In this document: positions 52,801-62,285 of the stretch, piece by piece | How the letters are laid out: every line of letters begins with the position of its first letter | Numbering within the stretch: the stretch's first letter is position 1 | Source: Laetmonice hystrix | Lineage: Eukaryota | Length of the DNA stretch: 64,000 bases | Reading direction: 5' to 3' | Assembly: GCA_965235115.1 (NCBI GenBank) | Contig: OZ249436.1 | Coordinates: 8,558,001 to 8,622,000, forward strand | Made by a program: the position numbers and the translations under genes | Notes under the pieces: model-generated | What the model was told of the DNA's origin: nothing | Databases searched by the model: none | The model's input: the letters and a program-made list of their open reading frames with translations, nothing else

Positions 52801-53656
52801 TTTCAGCAGGGCCGTAGCCTGCGTAGGGGGGGGGCAGGCTACGGCCTAGCCAAAGAATTCGGCTCTGTGCTCTGTACAGAGCCGAAGATCGCTGTTCAGA
52901 ATTTCCGAGCGTACCCGGACAAATCTTCTGTCTGCCATGAAAAGCCCTCCCTTGTCTCTATATGTTGATGAAAAAGTGATGAATAAACTCAAAATAACTT
53001 ATCTCTCATATCTGCAAGCTGGAAAAGCACGATGCGACAAAATAAAGACAGTCACATCTCTTGAACCGAGAAATTTCAATGCTCGTTGAGTGCCGCCATT
53101 ACCGTCGGAGACACTCTCCAACGCAGAGCTACTTCCGCTTCACTTTCGCTTCACACCATAGTAAGCGAGTCTCTGCGTAGGAGCGTGCGTCGGAGAGATG
53201 CATGCTGGGATCAAAGACAACATGGCGGCCGGTAAAACGCCGTTAAACGGGTGATCTAGACATGAATTTGACGTTGTACTATTAAAAACACTGCTTCATG
53301 ACCCCACACACTTACTGTCGAGATAAATGGATGCCGGTGAGTTGATCAGTGCAAGCGGTGGTGGTCTGGCCTGGGTGTGGTCTGGCCCGCCAGGAATTTA
53401 AGCCATTGCCTGTAAGCCTTGTTGGCTCGGCACAAGGCTTACTACGTAGGCTAGCTACGGCCCTGTTGCAGGCTTAACTTTGGAGTGAATTGGATTCAAA
53501 ATTGGGTTCACTTGCCTTTAAAAATGCTTCTGACATTTGCTCCTTTTTCATGAGATCTATTTCCTTCATGTTCGTCTCTATTCCTGCACACTGGCAAGCC
53601 ATGAGGACCCCTCGACAGGGGCTGCTCGCGTGGGACACGTACAAGTCGACAGGCAT
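49863..53656 (-). CDS. Glutathione S-transferase, theta/delta-like class, 220 aa
   Basis: Exons 53516-53656 (MPVDLYVSHASSPCRGVLM..FLK), 51814-51872 (INPTHTVPTIVDGDFNLWES), 51280-51424 (RPIAIYLIDKY..LYFD) and 49863-50180 (YAVGDDLTLADLFL..FPNLVGWINRI). Confidence 0.93.
51440..51670 (-). mobile_element. Degenerate tRNA-derived SINE in GST intron 2
   Basis: B-box-like GGTTCAAATCCC on the minus strand (~51600-51612); central ggaggaaaccggaatgtcccgggaaaaacca segment of the kind seen in invertebrate SINEs; internal 15-bp triplication. Confidence 0.55.
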
Positions 53657-53924
53657 GTTGGATGGCGCTTCCACGTCTGGCGAGATCCGAGAGTCAAAGC
53701 TCGTCTGGGACGATTGCAAGCCTGTGCCGTTATATATAGACGCAGACAGTGGGCCTTTGACTGTCTGACCTAAAAACCTTCGAACCCGATGACGCCATTC
53801 CAGTTCCACCTCTACCATCAATAATCGGTTTGCGTACGGAAATCCCGAGATGTTGCGATTGTAACTATGGAAATCAATGCATACTCTCAGGTAACCTATC
53901 CCTTCCTACCCTCGCCCCATACTA

Positions 53925-54391
53925 TGGCAAGCCGTTTTAGCACATGTATATTCATATTTAGTGATATCACTAAATCAATTAGAGACATATCTAATTCAAT
54001 TTCTGATATCTGTAATTCATTTAGTGATTCTGTAAATAAGAGAATTACAGATATAAAAAATTGAATTGCAGATATCGCTAAATGAACTAGAGATATCAAA
54101 AATTGAACTGCAGATATTAATTAATTCCACTTCCTATTTTTGATATCACTAATTCATTTAGTGATATCTCCAATTCCATTTCTGATATCTCCAATTCACT
54201 TAAAGATATCTCCAATTCTATTTTTGATATCTCCAGCGCTATCACATTCTTTTTTTTTTATCTCTAATATCATTAGGCCTAAATATTTAATTATATCGAC
54301 AATGATTTAGTGATATCAAGAAATAAATTAGAGATATCTCTAATTGATTTAATGATATCACTCTAAGAATAAATGTTAAAACGGCTTGTCA
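53925..54391. mobile_element. AT-rich MITE with GATATC internal repeats and TA TSD
   Basis: TA|TGGCAAGCCGTTTTA ... TAAAACGGCTTGTCA|TA; ~22-bp periodic gatatc units in inverted blocks. Confidence 0.8.
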
Positions 54392-54791
54392 TACAAGTAA
54401 CGGTTATCACAATGCATCGCGCCTAAAACTACTCGGACTAGACTTAAAGAAGAAGTAGAAGAAAATGAAGAGGAAAAGAAGAAGAGGAGGAAGATAGAAG
54501 ATTCTTTACTTTACAAAAAAAAACAAAAAAGGACACCTTCCGGAAGTTCTTGAATAAGAATGCTCTTATGTGCTCTCATAATAATATGTTGACACTGGTT
54601 ATATATATTCTATGACCATGCATTTTTTCTTCAGAGATATCAAGTATAATATTAAGAAAATTCAATTTTAGATATACATGACATTGTTTTATTTATTATG
54701 TTTTATGAGACATTTCGTGAAAAACTTGACGTTACATACTTTGATAAGGATTTAATTCCATCAAAATTTGAATGCAGGTTTATAGCCTGAA

Positions 54792-56042
54792 GACCTCCAC
54801 ACACCTGGGCATTTTACGCCGCGATTTCACGTCGCGTGAAACGCGTTGCGAAAACGCGTTGTAACCCACAATTGAATTACAATGAGAACACTTCGGCTTG
54901 GCGTAAAAAAAACACGCATTGCGACCGCTGTGTGAAATGACCAAAACCTCAGAATAGGTTTCTGACATGTGCGTTTCACGCAGCGTGTTGTCTCGGACGA
55001 TCATCCGTTCAGCCAATAGGCATCCAGTATCTGTGGTCAGACCACCTTGCCCCTGATGATCCCAGGGTGATCTGTATTCCATTTGACCATCTACCAGCCA
55101 GCAGGATGGGGCAGAAAGGAATTAGTGGACCAGAAACCGAACGGTTGATAGTGACCGGGAAGAATCCCTGCCTATACGACAAACAATGTCCCTCCTATAA
55201 AGATGCACAGAAACAGTATGACAATTTGCATTTTGCCATTATGCAAACAGCCAGCTATGACCGCGTGCGTTTTCCGCGCAAGTGGGAACCATTTATCGCA
55301 GCGCGAAACGCCCAGTCGTTACGCCGGGCGTTTCACGCGACGTGCTAACACGGTGTAAAGTGCCCAAGTGTCAATCGGAACTTCCGAGATCATTTCATTT
55401 CCGGTTGCGAAATACCCTCGGATGTAAGACAGGCCCAAAGCTACAAGCGCTAAACGCCTGTGAGGTCACATCACCACTCATGTTCTACCGCCCTGCTAAG
55501 TAGTCGCGGAAACGTTTGCTTCTGAGGAATCTGACACAAATTTCGTACATTTCGGTGTATCCGGTAGTATTGGAATGGGATTTTAACACAAATTTCAGTC
55601 TCAAAAAAGTTGAAATCCGCGAATCCGGAAGATGTTTATCATTGCCCTCAGCAGCGATACAAATTGGGAATCCCGCGGTCATGACGTCATATGCCCGAGG
55701 GAATCCCAAATGTGTCTTGTAGCATGTCTGGCCTGTCTGAGCTGCAGGCTCGGGCTAAGCATATAGTATACATGTTGCGACTATTTCAGTTCAAGCGTAA
55801 CATATTTGTTATTAGGCCACCAAATTCCAGCAATTTCGAGCAACATAAATACAGTAACGGAGTTGTTGTCTAGAAACAAAACAGTAGGCCTACTGGTGTT
55901 ATGCGTCTGCCACCGCCGGTCACAAGACCCAATCGAATCATGTGACTGGAAGTAGTTTCAACATGGCAGCGCCCGAAATACATCAAAGTGTTTTACGTAC
56001 GGAAAGCCCGAGATGTTGCGATTGCACAAGTGTGTGGAAGCC
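54792..56042. mobile_element. Harbinger-derived element with a MADF relic, interrupted in its right TIR by a Mutator-like MITE (55372-56024)
   Basis: Left end GACCTCCACACACCTGGGCA; right end split as TGCCCAAGTGT [insert] cacaagtgtGTGGAAGCC. Insert CAATCGGAAC...GTTGCGATTG has a 9-bp TSD (cccaagtgt/cacaagtgt). Peptide ETERLI..KNPCLYDKQCPSYKD. Confidence 0.7.
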
Positions 56043-57054
56043 TAGTCTACTCATAAAAGGTACACCGTCGTCAGTTTGACGGTGCTTTAGATTAGACACG
56101 TAGGCCTACCTTTAACCTGTACGACATGCATGTCAAAATTACCTAGACCATAACATATTGTTGTAGCCTAATAGGCCTATGCATGACTTCCGCATTTGGT
56201 TTGGTTAAATCCAGTCTGCGAAATAAAAGAAACTACAGTTTATGAATACGAACTGCCATATTCAGATATTCGTTGCAGCAGAGTTAACTATACATGTATA
56301 GCTATATTAATCTTTTGTCACCAAAGCAATTGCCACAAAATAAACTCGTGGGGAAGTGCAGCGACATGTTAGCATAATCCATACTAGGTCATGTTTACAT
56401 GTCCCAGCCCTTTTAAGCACTTGAAGATTCATGCCTGTGGCCTAGATTCTATATTGTGGCCGGTAAGCGCCAATAATGACGGTAAATAGGACCCGACAAC
56501 GATCACAAACTCAAAAAGACGGATACGAATAGGGAATGACAAACGCAAATCCGAAACGACAACACTGCTATTCATGTTCAGGGGGCCACACTCTGGACGT
56601 ATAGCAAGCCGTTCTAACATTTTTTCCTATTTAGGAATCAGGAAGTGCGTAGGTGCTATTCGTCTCGCTCAGAATGGCATTTCTCCTATCATACATTGTG
56701 CACATAGTACTAGAAAAAATTCCTTCCGATACCATTGGCCTGATAAACCTTCTATTAGTTTGTGTGCAGCATTTGAAACCTATCTCGGTGCGCACCGAGA
56801 TAGAGCTATTTCCTATGGCGGGGCGTGTCAGGGTCTCCACAGGCCTTCTGAGAGAGCCCTATTTGTGCCGTTATCCATGAAAAATTTTGATTTCCTTTGT
56901 TGTGAATCTATTTCCATGATAGGTGGGCTCACAGTCACATAAACATCAACAAAATTAAAAATTAAAAAATTGAACTTTTTTGCCTTTAAATATCATGTTG
57001 CTATGGATGAAATGTACGTTTCATATTTGGGTGGAATTGACGGAGTTCCTTTAA

Positions 57055-57582
57055 AGGGGCATACTATGAAACACGTTTTTGAGGATTTCCGGCAATTATC
57101 CAACATGACCGTGTACTAGGGATCCAAGTAACTAATCCTACCACAGCATTTTGTCCTCCGACGTGTTTTCGCTGCGTATGCAGCACAAGTAGGTTCTATA
57201 CGACCAAACCTTTAGATTTCTACCGATAGCACATCTCCCGCCATATTTTGGCGAACAACCTCCCATCAACCCGTGTAATTGCATACTGTGTCACATCCTG
57301 TGTGTGCACTCTCTGCATGTGCTTAGTTACGTGCTTTGCTTAGTTGTAAACAATTCAGCAGTGGCACTCGATCGCCCGGCATCAGAATGCCACCCAAAAA
57401 ATATTTTACGAAATCGGCAGAGAAGCAAGCAAGGGAGCTTAATAAACTTCGATTTCTCACGCAAAATGAAACTGATAAGTCTGTCTTTGTTTACCAAGCA
57501 CTTTTAATGAAGGATCTCTTTATGAAAACAGCAAAAGTTCTATGAAATACCGATTTTTAACGTTTCCTCATAATATGCCCCT
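57055..57582. mobile_element. Kolobok-like non-autonomous element with TTAA TSD
   Basis: TTAA|AGGGGCATACTATGA ... TCATAATATGCCCCT|TTAA. Confidence 0.8.
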
Positions 57583-57790
57583 TTAACACAACGAGAAGGC
57601 TAAACATAATCACTCCCCAACACCCCATTATACGATTACGGAGTCTGCTGGTAGACGTTCCTCGAGTGTAGTCACACTTTCTATATGGAAAATAACGAAA
57701 ATAACACTCAAGCTTTCACAAACCTCGAAACTTTCAGTTGATCCAGTACCCGCTGAGGCACCGATAGGCCTTCAAACGGCCAACGTATAG

Positions 57791-58834
57791 TTACATCAGA
57801 TAACCCTTTCCAGCTTTCCACTCTGAATACCACTGAAAAGCAGGCGCAAGGAGTGCCCCCACCATTGTTACAAATGCGCCAAAGACCTCCAACCAGTTAC
57901 GGTGTCCTGGCATGATTCTACTCATCAAGGTATATTGGAATATGAGGAACGTTACCACAGCAAGGTTCATCAAACAAGTTGTCTTCAAGGGGCCTAGAAT
58001 TCGGCAGGCATATGTAGTAGCGATAATGCTTAGTGGTGCAGAGAAACTATGGAATAAAACGAGTAGGATGCTCATTGGATCTGTCGGAATAACCGGTTCT
58101 TCAAAGAAAAAGGATATGATTAACGAAACTGGAAGACCAAAAATAGCAACCCACATTATCTGGGCGATAGGGTTCACATCAGGAAGTGCGTAGGTTGCCG
58201 TGACAAGGTAAACACTGAGTGATACACCGCTGAAAACGATCAACATATATCCAAACATAATTCTCGGTGCATCTGCATCTACACTCTTATTGCGAACATC
58301 TTCCAGGACGTCTGATATGTTTCTATAATTAATTGTTAATGTAATGTTCTTTTCCTCATTATCCTTCTCGATGCCCTCAAGCCACGGTTGCCTGACCATA
58401 ATGATACCGGCGATGCAAACAAAAATGCCCAGAAGTTGCATTTTTCCAACATTCTTTTTATATATGAAGTGCACAATGACCGCCACACTGATGAGTCTTG
58501 ATACGTCAGTCGTAGCTATAACTGGGGACAGAGCAATGAAGCTGGCCCCGCTGTAGAGCGCTGTATTGTAACAAATGTGCGAAGTTACAAGGACGGCCAT
58601 CCAGCCGCGGCCCGGTCTTGATATCCCAACATCTAATCTGGTCAAACATACGACTGATGACGTCACCAATACCTGTGCACAATAACGACATCCGCCAAGT
58701 TCAAAGTCAGGTACTTGACGCTGCAGAAACTGGACACACGCCATTCCAACGGTGTATAATATTATTTGACAGAAGACTGCCATGCAAGCAGAAAGTGTTG
58801 ATCGATAAGAACTTGACAGATCCGGACGAGGCTC
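57791..58834 (-). CDS. SLC35G-like / EamA transporter, diverged paralogue (main coding exon)
   Basis: 330-aa ORF with about 10 TM segments; motifs VPDFELGGCRY and PGHRNWLEVFGAFV. The frame stays open upstream to an acceptor TTTTAG at 58835; a possible initiator exon ends ATG|GT at 62573. Confidence 0.85.
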   Translation of the reverse strand, partial: EPRPDLSSSYRSTLSACMAVFCQIILYTVGMACVQFLQRQVPDFELGGCRYCAQVLVTSSVVCLTRLDVGISRPGRGWMAVLVTSHICYNTALYSGASFIALSPVIATTDVSRLISVAVIVHFIYKKNVGKMQLLGIFVCIAGIIMVRQPWLEGIEKDNEEKNITLTINYRNISDVLEDVRNKSVDADAPRIMFGYMLIVFSGVSLSVYLVTATYALPDVNPIAQIMWVAIFGLPVSLIISFFFEEPVIPTDPMSILLVLFHSFSAPLSIIATTYACRILGPLKTTCLMNLAVVTFLIFQYTLMSRIMPGHRNWLEVFGAFVTMVGALLAPAFQWYSEWKAGKGYLM

Positions 58835-59022
58835 CTAAAACATAAAACAAATTAGGCCTACATTTTAAATAGGCACCCTTAGCATTAAACATGCACACAT
58901 CAATATTATTTGAGAGAAGACTGCTAGCAGAAAGTGTTGATCAGTAGGAACATGACAGATCCGGAAGAGGCTCCTAAAATTATATTTTAAATAGATCCCT
59001 TAGCATTACACACGCACACATC
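58757..59022. repeat. Diverged ~140-bp tandem duplication of the SLC35G-like exon start and its acceptor
   Basis: 58757-58902 versus 58903-59022: gcagaaagtgttgatc..gacagatccgga..gaggctcctaaaa..ccttagcatta..gcacacatca occurs twice. Confidence 0.85.
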
Positions 59023-59149
59023 ATAGGTTCGCCAATCGGTAGGTCAGTTTATACATCCTACTAGGTGCGCCCGCTAATATTTACATTGATATGCCTAGTA
59101 TAATAATCGGCTTTTTACTATCACAGATGTTATGACAATTGACGTGTCT

Positions 59150-59460
59150 AATATGCCTGCCCTTTGCCTCCGGGTTGAACTTCCAACCCTTGCATGGTGC
59201 AGCAGCGAAAAACTTCAATAAGACCCCAAACTGAAGTACACAGATGTGACACCCATTCGAGAGCTTCAAGTGCCTTTAAACCCCAGTGAAAGGGAGAACA
59301 TTTATGCCGAGATGGACGCCTTGCGTCAGGAGCGTGATACTGCGAGAGCAAGAACTGAACAACTTGAGGGCTCACTGCTTACTAGTACCACCCTATCTGT
59401 GAAGTCCATTGAAAACGACACCAAGTGCAGGATGATGACAGGCATTCCCTACTCAAAGAA
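59150..59460 (+). pseudogene. Relic of an ISL2EU/PIF-Harbinger-type transposase
   Basis: Coiled coil followed by LSVKSIENDTKCRMMTGIPY, resembling the S....D...(FY)TG(L/I)P motif that precedes the HTH of these transposases. Confidence 0.5.
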
Positions 59461-59794
59461 TGCAACTGAAACATTTCGTCGGCGGCGCAGATACAGCAGT
59501 TGCCGAGTTTCACTATTTATAAAAGGCCGGGGGGGGGGGGGGGGGAGGTTGCCTGTCACAAGCATGTGACAATTAATTAAAATTATGCACTACCAATGCA
59601 GACACAGCAATTGCTAGTTTAAAGTAAAGCATAGAACATTACCAAAAAGACGAGAAATATACGTTGAGCTCAGCCCAGGCTAACCTGCCGGAGGTTGACC
59701 TTGAGGTCAACCTTATGAATATTAATAGGACCTGCATTGGCGTCGTCTTAACGGTCCTCACCGTAAGCTTACTTCTCGAGAAAATGCCTGATAG

Positions 59795-59902
59795 TCTTGG
59801 ATACACAAATGTGCCCCTCCCTAACAATACAGTTTGTAGCACTCTGACTTGATACGGTTTAACACGCGAAATTCCAAACTTTAGCTCCCCTGATTTTAGC
59901 AT
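59795..59902 (-). pseudogene. Relic of a RecQ-type helicase N-terminus (motif 0), probably transposon-derived
   Basis: KFGISRVKPYQVRVLQTVLLGRGTFV fits FG....(R/K)P.Q......L.G.D..V; breaks off before Walker A. Confidence 0.5.
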
Positions 59903-61368
59903 CGTCGCCTCGCTTCGGTTGGCATACGATCACCGGCCTGCTCGGCCCGGTGTCGCCAGCGCTGGCTGTCGGTCTTGGCCTCTGTCGTGTCCGTGGATTA
60001 AGGTTAAAGTTACACTATTTTTACAACCTGTAATAATATCGACACCCTGTCATATAAATCAGCTTAGTGTCACATGTAAAACTCAAATACATTGAAGTGA
60101 AACTAGACGTGGCCACCCTTAACACGCTAGTGTATAGGGGAGAGTCAACGGCTAAAGTGAGACCAACCAAATGTAGGCTAGGCCTAATGTGAGAACGCTC
60201 AGCTGGATCCGTTGCAATCTAACGCTCTACCTTCGAACTGCTTGACCATTTTGGATAACCGTGTAACAGGGGAATTCCCACGCTGAGTTTCAGCGCCTCT
60301 CACAGTCTCAGGTCATTCGGGAACCCTCGGGAAAGTCCGCCACCTTCCGGTGGGTGCGGATTTTCACCTCGGGTGTAATGGACAGATTTGTGTGACTTTG
60401 TGATGCGGCGCAAATGAATACTCGAGTAAGCAGGCAGGGGGGCACAATGCGCGCTGACCAAGTAATCCCTACAGCGTAATGGCAGCGGTTGATGAGTGTT
60501 TGCATTATGCACTTGAAAACTGTCCGATAACCAAAGGAAAGTAGCGGCAGTTAAACCAAAACAGAGAGAAACATGCTCAACTCGGAAATGGCTCATGTCT
60601 CCATTCGTCCCATCGTCGGCCACCAACACTCGCTGTGCTCCACTCGCTGTCAGTGTCAGTCACAGCTACCGACTATGGAATACCGGCGACGACATGCGAG
60701 ATGCGAGACAGTGTGTTTGGGTTAGGGTAAAGGTTAGGCCTAGGGTTAGTGTTAGTTTTCACTTTAGGGAACGTTTAGCCCCCAAATTAGGCTATTGTTA
60801 AATAGGCATGTGGATCGTGATGTCGGTGTCGTTGTTGGTGTGTCAACGATAACATGAGAACACACATATAAATATGAAAGCATTGAACATGCATAAAGTC
60901 AGTATCACATGTGACTATCATGGTAAATAAAATATATTCAAAACATCGCACATTTGTGATATCACACATAATTTTCAACATTGAATACAAATATATTCAT
61001 TATTGAATTTTGCAACGAATATCATGCCATAGACCTCGCAAGCCGTAGAGCTGTACTGTACTCGATGCCTAATGCTGCCAGGCAGTTATACGAAATCTCG
61101 TATTGTCACGCTACTTGCAACGAGTATTTATTGTCCAGAATAAGGAAACACATCGGCGCTGGTTAACTGATGTTCTGGTCTCTAGTTTTTAGTTTCTAGT
61201 CTCTATGGACCTCTATGTATTAATTATGTATTACTGCAATAAAGTGCTTTGAACTGAATTGAACTGTAGGCCTAACAGTTGGTTTGAATCGTCGAGCGGC
61301 TGCCTTTTTATAGGCTACGACATGTGATCGTGACACGTGATAGTGCTGTAATCGCTATTCAGTGTTTT

Positions 61369-62285
61369 ATACCGGTGACACATTGATATCTTTAGCGCTC
61401 TCAAGGCGATATAAAAAGTTAGACCCCTATAGCGTTATCAAATGTTGTGTCACGCCCGATATGAAAAGAAAGGGCAACAATCGCGCAATAAAGAAATTCC
61501 TGATGAGGTGGTCTGATGCCGCTATATTTTCATAGCGCAATACCTTATAGCGGAATAGTTTCGGTGAAAAGAGCGCCACAGACTCGCTTCATACCACGTG
61601 ACAACCCCCGTTTTCATAATGATGACGTCATGCGTTACCGTAATGACACATTCGTTTTGCTACTGATGACACACCAATATCGGAATGATAGCGGCGCGGT
61701 TTCGATATAATTGGCAGTGTGTCAACGAGATCGAGAGTTATATCGCTTTTGTTGCGCTATCGTTAAACCGCTTCGCTAGCACTACAATATCGCTTGCCAT
61801 CACACTTGTTGGTGTGTCAACGATGCACTAATACCGTTGACACACCAACAAGTGTGATGGCAAGCGATATTATACCGTTGACACACTGAGATTTTGTAGC
61901 GCTCTCAAGCCGATATAAAAAGTTATTGCGTTATAAAATGTTGGTGTGTCACGCCCGATATGAAACGATAGCGCAACGATAGCGCAATAAGAAATTCTTG
62001 CTCCTGAGGTGGTCTGATGCCGCTATATGTTAATAGCGCAACACCTTATAGCGGAATAGTTTCGGTGTATCAACAGGAACATAACTATAGAGCGCCACAG
62101 ACTCGCTTCAGACCACGTGACAACCCCCCTTTCGATAGTGATGACGTCATGCGTTCCCGTAATATCCCTCGTAATGGCGCATTCGTTTTGCTACTGGTGA
62201 CACACCAATATCGGAATGATAGCGGCGCGGTTTCGACATAATTGGCAGTGTGTCATCGGGTTCGAGAGTTATATCGCTTTTGCGT
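61369..62285. mobile_element. Two head-to-tail copies of one TIR element with a perfect 37-bp-arm palindrome at the junction
   Basis: 61369-61750 resembles 61872-62282; arms 61786-61822 and 61835-61871. Confidence 0.8.

Noticed and set aside
60716..60775. Interstitial telomere
   Set aside because: Only a few degenerate TTAGGG-like units; more likely a simple repeat within a transposon.
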